A stretch of DNA of 63,097 bases, filler included, from Folioceros fuciformis (lineage: Eukaryota): NCBI GenBank assembly GCA_049999805.1. It is 11 parts of 11 records of this genome, joined end to end, with 100 filler letters (N's around TTAATTAATTAA, not from the genome) between each part and the next. Parts side by side here need not be neighbours in the genome. Positions count along the whole stretch, not along the records: positions 1 to 3,358 come from JBNGIO010004855.1; positions 3,459 to 9,429 come from JBNGIO010004856.1; positions 9,530 to 19,608 come from JBNGIO010004857.1; 8 more parts are not named here. The stretch is one strand, 5' to 3'. Of this stretch, positions 1 to 11,628 are shown in pieces. A program made the position numbers and the translations under genes. Below the pieces are notes generated by a model. It was not told the origin of the DNA. It did not search any database and was given only the letters and a program-made list of their open reading frames with translations. How positions within the stretch are numbered: the first letter of the stretch is position 1; each line of letters opens with the position of its first letter.

Positions 1-382
1 CCGTAGGGAAGTGTACAAGGTAGTGGTGTCGTTGCTGGTTGCTGGTAGTTGTTGGTGTTGGTGCTGGAGCGAGAGAGTGAGTGAAGGAAGTCGCAGATCT
101 GAGAGGTTAGAGTCGTTGTAGTGACTGGAGTGAGTTTGTGGGCACCGAGAGAGGTGCAGCTGACCGCCGGACAGCGAGGCCTGTCCTACGCCTGATCGGA
201 GCTGGAGGGGAGCCCTCGAATCCATCATCGAGTTGATCAAGTCCGACCCTCCCTCCACAGCAGCAAGGAACCCCATCGTTCCTTCGTGGGAACGAAACCC
301 AATGTCTCAACGACAGTGGGATAAGTGTGGCCACTAAAGGTGGAATCCGTCGGCAATCAGTGCCCGGGGTTTTGCCTCCACA
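1..382 (-). mobile_element. LTR fragment (family X; 5' end TGTGGAGGCAAAACCCCGGGCACTG at 382) inserted into a gag-like gene
   Basis: 334-382 aligns with 10065-10113 (ctaaagg..g..ggcaa.cagtgcccgggg.tttgcc.ccaca). At the second copy this terminus abuts a polypurine tract. Confidence 0.65.
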
Positions 383-980
383 TGGTGTAAGAGTTATGAC
401 CGTTGGGGGTGGCACTGTTGGTTCCACCGTGGTTGCAACAATGGCCTGCTGATGGCCCTGAATGGCTGCAGCCAGCTTGGCGTTGTAAGCCAGCTGAAGA
501 GCCTCCTAGAACCTTGGATTAGGCATGGACACCATGGCTGTGAGCTCAGGCTGATACAGCTCATAAAGGTCCAGAGCTCCACCTATCATATAACTTGAAA
601 GCTGCTCGAACATATACAAATGGTTGTAAGCTCCAGCATGCTTGAATTTTACCCGACTGATGACAACATTGAGGTGCAGTCTGAAATCCCGCAAAGTTTG
701 TGTCCCTGGTCTCCCAGAGAATCTCTCCTGCTTGTAAGGTGCTCCTCCCTCCATGGATCCAGTATCTGAATCCTCAAAGAGATCTGCCCGACCTTGAGAC
801 CCTACCTCGCAGTTGTGACTACAGGACAATTGAAACCAGCTCCTTGGCTTCCCAAAGGAACCGTGGGGGCAGCTGTGGTTGTCCAGCCCACAAACGGAGA
901 CCAACTCTCCATCTCTGGTTGCTGCTGGTCTACGGCACTTGGCCCAGCTTGATGATCCTCTTGGACCTCTTCCTCCCAAG
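383..980 (-). pseudogene. Degenerate retrotransposon gag-like N-terminus
   Basis: Reads YKQERFSGRPGTQTLRDFRLHLNVVISRVKF..., with an in-frame stop at 506-508, and is cut by the LTR at 382. Resemblance to gag is by eye only. Confidence 0.4.
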
Positions 981-1876
981 ACAAACGTTGCTGACGTGCA
1001 GCTCTCCTCCTCTTGGCTCGTCCACGCTCCGGTTTAACCCTAGCAGGGACGTTCCTCGATCGCAAGTGATAACTTGGGCTACCTTCAGGCTCCTCGGGTT
1101 GCATAACCCATGCAACAACTCACACACAAACAACCAATTCTCAGCGAGAGGTGGCATGCAAGCACACCTGTTAGAGAACCCTAGGTGCCTCCCAAGCACA
1201 AAACATAAAGCACAACTACTCTAGATCTGATCATGCTACAACACCCACAATTCCCCATGTCTGCCATAGGATTTAGGAACACAGCACAGCAAAACTCCAG
1301 CTCACATGTGAAGATTGCAGCACGCGGCCTCGCTCACTCGCGATGCCAGATCGAAAATCAAAACAAATGCAGCAAGAGCAAAACCCTGTTGTCCGAAACT
1401 TTCAAATGTAGTCAGTCCCTGAATAGGGCTCCAAATCGCACACAAAGCATACCAGACTGCTTGCCTTGACAAGACGAGTCAAATGGTCAAAGAATCAATG
1501 GCAACCAATCTGTAATGCGGGCGCTATGAGCCCTGGTAGCTTGTTAAGTCAGCGTTGCAACTGGCGGCTGGCAAGACGGGGAGGATGGCACCTTGCTGTA
1601 GGTGCGTCACTACCTCCTCTAAGCCCAGTCGCACTCAGATCTTGCAGCTAGTCGTCGAAGTGACATGGAATTTGCTCACACGCAGATTTGTGGACGGTTT
1701 TGTTGGAAGAACTTGATTGACGGGTAAATCGGCCGGGTAAATCACACCAGGTGCTGCAGCAAGATACGAAGAACATCAATCCTTACAACTCTTGAGCCCA
1801 AATATGGCTGGAACAACAAAAGCAATTGAGTTTCTAAGATAGCGGCAGGCACTCTCCCTTGGTGCGACTTTGACGA

Positions 1877-2371
1877 CTAGCGGCCTCCATCTCCATCTCC
1901 ATGGTTTAGCATGGCGGCCATGGCTGACGTCAGCGATTCTGGTGCGGGCTTGCCTCTTTTAGTCATGATCATTTCGTTGGGCTCACACTCTCGGTGTGAG
2001 CCCACGTGGACTATCGGGCTATCGGTAGTCCCGTGGACTACCGGACTACCGGTAGTCCCCTCGACTACCGTTCCCCTGGTTCGGCTACCGGTAGCCCCTT
2101 CTGCTACCGGGGTCGCTGACTGACTCGGACGCCCAGCCTTGCCCTTCCCCTTCACTCTCTCTCTGGCCTCATCCCGCTCCCGCTTGTATCTGTTAGCCAA
2201 CTTCTGAGCCTGCTCCGCAGCGGCTATCTCCATCTCCTGTGCCTTGGCCATTTCTTGTTGCATCTCCAGGTTAGTCTCGTGAGCCTCCCTCACCTGAGCT
2301 AGCAGGGTCCCCTGTTGCTCTTTCAGCGCCTGCACTTCAGCCCTCGCCTCGCGCACCTGTGGAGACCACAT
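1877..2371 (-). other. Coiled-coil, low-complexity ORF fragment, probably TE-derived
   Basis: Has an E/Q/A/K-rich helical segment plus 9-aa repeats (VVEGTTGSP/VVHGTTDSP). No real ATG start. Confidence 0.35.
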
Positions 2372-3358
2372 GGGAGATAGGCCTCTTAGAAAATGGGTGG
2401 TATTTGTTTTTTTTGGAGTTTTGATAGAATTCCTTGTAGAGGTAATTAGGAAACTATGTTAGATAAGGCTAGATTAAATAGGATGATCAGGAGATAGTGG
2501 TGGTGCAGTTGAGAAGGACAACAATCGTCTAGCTAACCCGTGGCCGTGGAAAATGTGAAGTAGGGGGTAGGGTGTGCCCGTGGAGAGGGACGCCAGCGTG
2601 CGTGGGACCCTAAGTCGGGCGTGTGAGGGTGAGCTGGGGCCTCGCGAGCGTGCAGAAGGCGGTTGGGCATAGGCAGGGAGGAAGGGTGCCTAGGCCTGCT
2701 CTGGCCTTAGGCCAAGAGGCTGGGGTTGAGGGTCTAGCTGGAAGGCGGGCCGGCCTGCTGGTGGAATGGATCTGACGAGCGGACCGGCAGTGGCTGCAAG
2801 CCCAGGCAAGATTCAACAGGCCGGGTTACCGTAGGGCGGCTCCAAGCAGGCTAGGTTGTGGTGGCTTGGCAGCCGAATCTAGCCAGCCAGCAGACGGGCT
2901 GGCTGGTCTAGGAGGGGCTAGGCAGGAAGCAGCCAGCCCGAGATGGCGGCGGGTTGGTCGGGCCAGCGGCAGCCGAGTGGAAGACCTGCTGGCCGGCAGA
3001 CAAAACCAGCAGGCTGGCTGGGGGATCCCGAAGCCAGGTAGCAACCTAGCCAGTTGTTGTAGCCAGGCAGTCGCTGACTTGCAGGTAGCTGGGGCTGGAT
3101 CCGGAGGTTAGCAGGCCGGCCAGGCAGCAGGTAGTAGGAATGGACCTAGCCCGGCTAAGCGAAGAGCGGGCAGCCTGGTTGGGCGGCTGGGCTGGTCAGA
3201 GGTGGAGGCAGGCAGTCCGGTGGAGGCTGGTTGCCAGGGCCGTCAGTGGCTGTGGCTGGAGGGCCTAGCAGCAGCCCAGCCTGGGTTGGCACCCATGGCG
3301 GATTGGCCTGGATCGTATTGCAGGCTGGCTGGATTGGGTTTGGCAGGGTGGTTGGGCC

Positions 3359-3458
3359 NNNNNNNNNNNNNNNNNNNNNNNNNNNNNNNNNNNNNNNNNN
3401 NNTTAATTAATTAANNNNNNNNNNNNNNNNNNNNNNNNNNNNNNNNNNNNNNNNNNNN
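3359..3458. other. Artificial contig spacer. Others lie at 9430-9529, 19609-19708, 21592-21691, 24121-24220, 29660-29759, 39852-39951, 42964-43063, 50818-50917 and 52402-52501.
   Basis: Each is an identical 44N-TTAATTAATTAA-44N block, and the 12-mer puts stop codons in all six frames. Confidence 0.98.
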
Positions 3459-3594
3459 TGCTCGCGTCGATCGCTGGCCCAGAGGCTTGCTGGCCTGGCC
3501 ACACTGCGCTTACGTCAACCGCATCTCGGCGTCCACACTTAGGCATCCTGCTCCCGGCGTTCGCGATGCTCGCGTCGATCGCTGGCCCGGCAAG

Positions 3595-6500
3595 TAGCAG
3601 TAGGCAAGTGCCCCTGCTTTTGTGATTTTGAAAGTTCTTCTTAATTGCTCCTTCAATTCATAGATCATGCGCATAGAGTTGCTTAGCAAGATTATATCAT
3701 CCACGTAAATTGCTAGGGCTAGAAAGTCAGTGCCTTCGCGTTTCACATATGCATTGCTGTCGGCATGCAGGTTTGCATACCCGAGCTCATGCAGGTAAGT
3801 GTCTATTCTCTCAAACCAGGCTCGGGGACTTTGTTTTAAACCATATAATGTTTTCTGAAGCCGACAAACTGGACGAGGGGTGCCTGCAGGTATTGGCACT
3901 CCCAGGGGAACCTGCATAAAAATCTCTTCCTGTAGGTTCCCGTACAGAAAGGCTGTGATCATGTCTAGCTGCTCCAACTCAAGATTGTTGACTGCAGCCA
4001 GGGCTACAAAGATGCGTAGGGTGGTCAGCTTCACCACCGGACTGAATGTGTAGTCGTAATTGACACCAGATATTTGAGAATACCCCTTGGCTACAACTGT
4101 GGCTTTGTACCTTGCTATGCTCCCATCAGCCTTGAGTTTTATTTTGAACACCCACTTGCTGCCCACTTGCTTCCTGTCCACAGGCAGACTGTCAATCGTC
4201 CATGTATTATTTTCGTACAAAGAAGCCAGCTCCGATTGTATGGCTGCATGCCAATGCTCCGCATCTGGGCAGCTCAGTGCATCCTCGTATGTGGGTGGCT
4301 CATACAATACAGTGTTGGCTGCTAGACAGTATGTCAAATGAGATTTTGGATGCCGGAAATCTTCAGAGACATAGGTATCCGGAGGCTTGTGATGTCTGGA
4401 GGAATGCCGGGGCTCGAGATGAGCATGTTTTGCATGCCTCCTATGCTGACCTTCAGGTGGAGCCGAGGGAATGACGATCTCAGGCTCCTCGAAGTTAAGG
4501 GACCCAGCAAATGGTGAGTCAAACAGACTCCTATTGCTCACAGGCTTGCCGGGAGTCCTCAGGGGCATTTGGATATGAGGTGAGTGTGCAGCTACAGGTG
4601 GTCAGGGAGCTGCCCCTTAGACTGTTTGATGCTGAGGTACTCTACGCTGCTGATGTGTAGGTTGCTGCAAATGTGCAGCTGGCGCAGCAGGAAGAGGCAC
4701 TGGGAGTTGTCCCACCATGATCTCCTCCGCCTCTCCTGGGGAGTCAGCATCCGAATCGGACAATTCAGGGGGAGCTCCCAATGGCTGCTGGGACTCCACT
4801 CCTTCCACGAACACAACATCCCGAGTATGGGTAATTCTTCGTGTCCGCTTGTCCAAGATTTTATAACCTTTGATGCCCTCGGTGAAGCCAACAAAAATAG
4901 ATGAAGCTGACTTAGGCTCGAATTTCTTCCGCAGATCCTTATGCACCTTAGCGTAGACTGTGGATCCAAACACCCGAAGATGCGAGAGGTTCGGCTTACG
5001 TCCTGTCCACAGCTCGTAAGGTGTCTTGCCCTTCACCGATTTGTGGGCAATGCGGTTCTAGATATATGCTGCATAGGCCACTGCTTCGGCCCAATAGCAC
5101 TTAGGCAAGTTTGCATAGTGCAGCATACTGGATGCAAAGGTCTTCAGTGACTGATTTTTGTTCTCCGAAACCCCATTCTGTTGGAGTGTGTGTGCATTTG
5201 TCAATTGCCTACTAATGCCGTGGGTCTTGCAGAAAGAAACAAACTCACCAGATAAGTATTCACCTCCATCGTCAGATCTTATAGCTTTCAAACGGTGGCC
5301 AGTTTGGATCTCAGCCTAGGCTTTGTACTCCACAAAGCAAGCAAAAGTCTCCGACTTATACTTCAGGAAGTATACTACACAAAATCGAGTGTAATCATCT
5401 ATGAAGGTGGTAACGTATTCCTTCCCTCCTAATGAAGTTGGCAGTTTGCCACACACATCTGTATGTACGAGCTCTAATGTTGCTGTGGCTCTGGTTGCTT
5501 GCCCTACAGGGAATGACGCCCGCTTGTGTTTGCCTAGGACACATGCTTCGCAGACCCCGAAATCCTGGAGGATGTCAAGCTGAATGCTGTCAATGAGCTG
5601 ATCCTTGTACATATTGACGAGCTTGTTGAAGTTGACGTGTCCCAAGCGGAGATACCACAGGTACATCAATGAGGGATGTGCAAAATGTGCACTAGGGGAA
5701 GCAGCATATGCTTGCTCAGCCTTCATATCAAGATGATACAAGTCGTCCTCTTTCAGGTGGCCAGTTGCTAAGAGTGTACCCTCTTTGGTCTCGACAACGC
5801 ATCTCCCCTCACCAAAACAGACGTAGCATCCTAACTGATCTATCTTTTTGACAGAAACAAGGTTCTTAGCAAGGCCAGGCACATAAAGGACGTCTGGAAT
5901 TTCCAGGTGCCGGTCTGGTCGCAAGTCAAGCTGAATTGTGCCTTGTCCTTAAATAGGATGCTGAGAATTGTCTCCTAAACAAACGTATTTTGCAGGGCTA
6001 CTCTCCTGGATGTCAGTAAAGTAGGCAGCGTGAGGCGTCATATGCTGCGAAGCCCCACTGTCAATGTACCAAGTGTGCTCCGAATGGCTGGCAAAGCATG
6101 TGGCGACGTTACACAAAGGGAAGCTATGATCATCTCCGAGAGCCACATTCGCTGCTGGGACCATAGTGGTACAGAACGCTCGTGAGTTCTTCTGCATAGT
6201 CATTGCCAAGTGCCTTGACTGATCGCCTTCTTGTCCAAGACGTTTACGGCATACTTCCCAAGTATGGTTAGTCATGCCACAGAACCCACATGGGGGTTTG
6301 GATTTGCCTGTGCTAAATCCTTGAGGCCTAGGGAGCATGCCTCTACCTCTGCCCCTGCTTCTCGTGAAGGGACGCCCACGTCCCTGGCCTCTACCAGGCC
6401 TGCCAATCCAAAGAGCTTTGTCTCCTCCAGCAGACAAAGTGGTATGTGCAATCTTTCTCCTTGACTCCTCTACGAGCATTGAACCTATGTCTCGATTTAC

Positions 6501-6760
6501 TGAGATGGGTCTTACATCTTGTAAACCTTAGACAACACTTGTCCATGTTTCTGGCAGTGTGTTTAGGAGAATGCAAGCAAGCAGCTCCTCCTCAAGGTTA
6601 AATCCTGCCGACACCATCTTTGCTCTCGCATTACGAAAGTCGAGGACATGTTTGTCCACTGGGTTGGATTCCTTCATTTTTAGGGTCATAGATTGTTTAA
6701 GAACAAAAGTTTGCATAATCCTTGATCTCATGGCAACAAATGTCGTCCAAGGTTTTCCTA
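3595..6760 (-). mobile_element. Ty1/Copia internal region (gag, Zn knuckle, protease, integrase, RT N-half) with stops and frameshifts
   Basis: Motifs CGFCGMTNHTWEVC, WYIDSGASQHM, LWYLRLGH, LELVHTDVCG, KWVFKIK, LYGLKQSPRAW and IYVDDII, in PR-INT-RT order. Confidence 0.95.
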
Positions 6761-6769
6761 CATTAGATG

Positions 6770-9220
6770 GTTATGACTGGAGCAACGTCAACGTCTCTGA
6801 CCTTGTATGACTAAAATGCTGTCCTAACCCCCTGCTGACCTGTGTCGATTGCTTGTGAACCATACTCCCACTGTCCTTCAAACAGGGTCTGAAGATAGAT
6901 TGGAAGAAGAGAACAGTCTTGAGACAAAGGAGAGAATTTCTTATCAGGAGAGGAGGAAGAGTTTTCTCCTCGCGATGAAAATGAAACTTTCTCTTCAGAG
7001 TCTGTGGATCGTGATTCCTGGGATAAATATGATGATTCAACGAGCTCTGAGAGCATGAGATCTTTCCAAGCTCCACCAGGAAATTCAAGCAATGACGACA
7101 GCAATGACTGGGATTGTGACTAGCTTGGTTAGCTAGGTCTTAGACATGGCTGTGGGGCTGCCTTCATGGCTCCCCATGCCAAGAACTTTCATGTACTTTT
7201 CGTGAAGTTCCCTTCCTAGGGACTTAGTTAAAATGTCTGCTGCGTTTTCAGCGATTGGCACATACTCTAGATCAATCTGTCCAGATTTGATCAAGTCACG
7301 TATGACGTGGTATTCGACTTCCACATGTTTGGTTCTGGAGTGAAACACTGGATTGTGAGCAAGACTCATTGATCCTTAATTGTCTGTTTTTATTGTGGTG
7401 CAGGTGGGAAGTGGTAATCCAAGTTCCTTAAACATTAACTTACACCAAGCAATTTCCTTTGCAGCAGCTGTAAGTACACGATACTCAGCCTATGTACTTG
7501 ATAAAGCCACAATAGGCTGTTTTTTTACTCGACCAGCATATTGGTCCTCCTGCTATCATTACTACATAGCCGGAAACTGATTTTCGTGTATCTATGTCCC
7601 CAGCATAATCTGAGTCTGTGAGGGTACTCTAGGTATATTTATGCCAATGTTATGAGTGCCTTTTAGGTATCTGGAAACTCTTTTAACACTTGTTTAGTGT
7701 GTTTGGCCTGGATTTTCCAGATACTGTGAAAGCACACTCGTAGCATAAGCCACTTCTGGTCTTGTAGTGTTTGCAGAAAAGATAAGTTTTCCTACAGCTT
7801 GTCTATAGGGTACTGATCTCATTTGATCCTTTTGTGTTTGTGTTTCAGGACACATTGATTTTCTCATTTTCAATCCACAAGGTCTTTAAAGGAGTAGCTG
7901 ATGGTTTGGCATCCTTTAAACCAAGTTGTTTCAATGCTATTTAACAGGTATCATGGCTGTGTTAAAGAAATGGTCCTTTTCTGCCTGTTACGCTGAATCA
8001 ATATACCAAGGCAACTTTGTAGAGCACCTAGGTGTGTCATCTCAAATTTGGTTGACAACACCATGTTTATGTCTTTGATGAAGGTAGGGCTGTTACAGGC
8101 CAGTATGAGATCATTTACATACACAGCCAGGTAACATACTACAGCTTTAGATCTGTAAACGTATAAGCTTCCATTTGAAACACATTTAACAAAACCTAGG
8201 GATCGCAATTCTTCATCAAGAACAACATTCCACTCAAGGGCAGATTGTTTCAACCCATACAGGGTTTTAATCAGGCATAAGACATAGTCTTCTTTTCCTT
8301 TCACCTCATATCCAGGTGGTTGTTGCATGTATATTTCAGTGTCCAATTTCCATGTAAGAAAGCTGTCTTTACATCAAACATATCTAACTCATAATCATAG
8401 TGTGCTGCAAGTGCATGGATAGTGCCAAAGGTAGCCAGCTTCATAACAGGAGCATATGTTTCCAGATAGTCTAGACCTGGCACTTGAGAGAAGCCTCGGG
8501 CAACTAGCCGAGCTTTATAGCGATCAAGAGTACCATCTGCTTTAACCTTTAGTTTAAAAACCCACTTGCAAGATACAGGCTTGCGTCCAGGGGGTAACTT
8601 TGCTAATTCCCATGTTCCATTTTTTATCAATAAATCATATTCAGACTGAATAGCCTTTTCCATTCTACAGCATCAGGGCTACTCAAGGCTTCTTCATAAG
8701 ACTGAGGCTTTACGGGATCAAGAGCAATAGCTTGTACAGAGGGTATCCTGAAATCTTGAGACTGATAATAGTTTGGTGCTCGTCTTTCTCTTGCAGGATA
8801 ACGGCGCATAGGTTCAAGTATATCCTCATCATTAGGGTCAAGATCTGGATCTAGATCAGGACCATCATTGTCATCAGGAGCAAGGGGTTCAGGATCAACA
8901 ACAACATGAGGAGGTGAATCCTGTAAGTCAGCAGCAAGATCAGGTATTGCTAATTCATCTGCCTGCTCTACACCCTGTCCATCATTTTGCTGATTATCGT
9001 CCCCCCTTTGCAGGAGCAAACTCCTCATGTGGAAGGTCAGGAAAAACTGTGATGTTAAGAAGAGCAGACAAGTCAAAACCCTCTTGGGAGGTGGGAAGTG
9101 CTCCCACTGGCTGCCAAAAACGTGTTTCATCAAAAGTCACCTGCGGGCATAAGCCACCTGATTTTGAGGTACATCATATAATTTATATGCTTTAATACCT
9201 TCATTATACCCTATCATGTT
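6770..9220 (-). mobile_element. Degenerate Ty1/Copia integrase tail, RT, RNase H and 3' UTR
   Basis: Motifs MIGYNEGIKAYKLYD, KWVFKLK..RYKARLVARGF, FDVKTAFLHG, LYGLKQSALEW and HSRTKHVEVEYH..ENAADILTKSL. Confidence 0.93.
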
Positions 9221-9343
9221 TTTAAAATATTTTCTTCAAAAGAAAACAACAATAAAATTCGACAACAGAATTGATCCATCTGCACATCAAATTGTATAGA
9301 ATTTAATGTGCATTCTTATGAAGGCAATCTACACCAAAGCATA

Positions 9344-9429
9344 GCTCTGATACCATGACAAATATTGGATTGGATTGGTGTAGACCAATTGCTATAATGA
9401 ACAATTACATTATTGATAAAGAGAATATT
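9344..9429 (-). mobile_element. tRNA-iMet primer binding site (9344-9355) and adjacent end of a 5' LTR (9356 to gap)
   Basis: gctctgatacca is the reverse complement of TGGTATCAGAGC and is followed directly by TG. Confidence 0.8.
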
Positions 9430-9529
9430 NNNNNNNNNNNNNNNNNNNNNNNNNNNNNNNNNNNNNNNNNNNNTTAATTAATTAANNNNNNNNNNNNNNN
9501 NNNNNNNNNNNNNNNNNNNNNNNNNNNNN

Positions 9530-10061
9530 GGAAGGGGGCAAGAAGGGAATGGAGGAGGAAGGGGGAAAGGGGGAAAAGGGATGGGGCGGCTGCAACCCCT
9601 GCCTCTAGCTCTAGCTAGGGCATGGCCTCCACAGCCGTTCATGTCAGCCAAGCAATCAGCCAGCCTATCGTCAGACCCTGACCCCTGACACTGACATACC
9701 CAGATACCCGTTCCTATGTTCAAACCATTATTATATTATTTTTATTATTTAATATTATTATATTATTATTAATCATTTAATATTGTATATCTTTAATTAA
9801 TATTAAACTAATCACCCAACCCTATGGCCTGGTACCGAACCTAAACCTTCCCAGCTCTGGGACCAAACCTATACCCACTCTTATAACCAAACCCACTATT
9901 TCCTAGTCAATTAACCCAATTAGCACAAAGAAAAATAGGAAAAATGATCAGAAAATAAAGGAAAATTAGGAAAAATAAGTTGAAAAAGAAAACCAAACCA
10001 TACCACTATTAACCCTTTTTCAACCAAAACAAACTACTACCCCAAACTTTGGAGGTTCACA
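9530..10061 (-). mobile_element. Gypsy-family LTR 5' portion (TGTGAACCTCCAAAGTTTGGGG...)
   Basis: Same terminus as 52303, which follows the Gypsy integrase and PPT, and as 19558 and 30464. Confidence 0.8.
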
Positions 10062-10128
10062 CTGCTAAAGGTTGAACCCGTTGGCAAACAGTGCCCGGGG
10101 CTTTGCCACCACAACCCCCCTCCCCACC
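10062..10128 (-). mobile_element. Family X 3' LTR start (10113) with polypurine tract (10114-10128), interrupted by the Gypsy LTR
   Basis: The minus strand reads GGTGGGGAGGGGGGT-TGTGGTGGCAAAGCCCCGGG, homologous to 334-382. Confidence 0.7.
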
Positions 10129-10329
10129 AAAGGCCAAGGACGATCAGCATCTCCCAAACACTTGGTCCGACCACTGATTTGCCCAACGTACTATGGTTCA
10201 AGGAGACTTTGGGTATGAATACCCTAGTCTTATTCTTAACTTAGGCCATTTTCCTCACTCTCACAAAAAAAATCAAAACCCACACAAATTATCACTCGAA
10301 AAGGGGATCTCGAATATTTTTTTTCCTCT

Positions 10330-11628
10330 TCACCTACCTATGCATATATCCATGAAGAACAGCGCAAGAAGCTTGAGGATAGGGCCATACCTCTTGTGTT
10401 TGTGGGCTATGGTGAGGAGACTAAAGCTTATAAACTTTATGATCCTCACTCCAAGTCCTCTATTTTTGCCCGCAATGTCATTTTTAAGGAACTGCATGCT
10501 CCTGCTTCCCCAGCCACCATTTCTTCAATATCCTCTTCTTTGGATACTGATGATTTCGATGAGTTCCCCTCTGAATATCCTCTAGATGTTGCCTATGAAC
10601 TGCCTCCTGCTCTTCGTTTTGATTCACGGGCTGGCGGTTCTGAGGGTGATTATGCAACAGCTCAGTCACTAGCACATGCTAAGTCATCATCACAGTCTGT
10701 CCCTGTGACTATACAGGTAATACAACCATTGCCTGTAGCACATGGACAACTTACACCAGAGGATGATACGGATCACGATCATGAACTCCCTATTCATGAT
10801 GCTGAGGTGGTGGACTCCCTACTAGTTGAGGAACATCAATCCGAGGACAACTCACATTCAGATTTAGACATCCCGCCTCTACCCTTTGACACTCAAGACG
10901 CTATTGTGCAATCTGTTGAAGAGTTGGAACCTACTCAGCAAACAGCTGTTGAGCCTCATGAGTTGGAGACTGTTGAGGAACCAGCTCCAGAGCTTGAACC
11001 AGTTGTTGAGGAGCGTAGGTATCCCAGCAGATCCCGTCCATCAAGGAAAAACTGGAACACAAGGCCCTATGAACCTGAAGATTTCAGGATCCCTCGATCT
11101 GCTCGACTTTGTGAAGCTTTCTCCACCAGTACCCTCTATCCAGCAGAACCTCGCACATATCAAGAGGCTGTAAATGGTCCAGACACGCATCATTGGATCC
11201 CTTCAATTCAAGATGAGTACAATTCATTGATCAAGAATGGGACATGGGAGCTTTGTCCTTTACCTGCTAGGAGGAGAACAGTAAGCTGCAAATGGGTGTT
11301 CAAACACAAGCTAAATGCTCAGGGAGAAATAGCATGGTACAAATCACGATTGGTTGCTCGAGCCTTCTCCCAAGTTGCTAATGTAGACTTCAATGAGACA
11401 TTCAGCCCTCTTGTCAAGACACAGACAATTAGGATGATGCTGGCCCTTGTAGCTGCTAGAGACTAGGATCTTGAGCAGATGGACGTTTCAACTGCTTTTC
11501 TATAAAGAGAGCTTGAAGAAGACATCTACATGGATAAGCCTGAAGGCTTTGTGGACCCTGAACATTCATATTGGGTTTGCAAATTAAACAAGACACTAAA
11601 TGGCTTGAAGCAAAGTGCCCGTGAGTGG
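10330..11628 (+). mobile_element. Ty1/Copia integrase tail, linker and RT N-terminus, truncated
   Basis: Motifs FVGYGEETKAYKLYDP, EPRTYQEA, KWVFKHK, EQMDVSTAF and GLKQSAREW. Confidence 0.92.
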
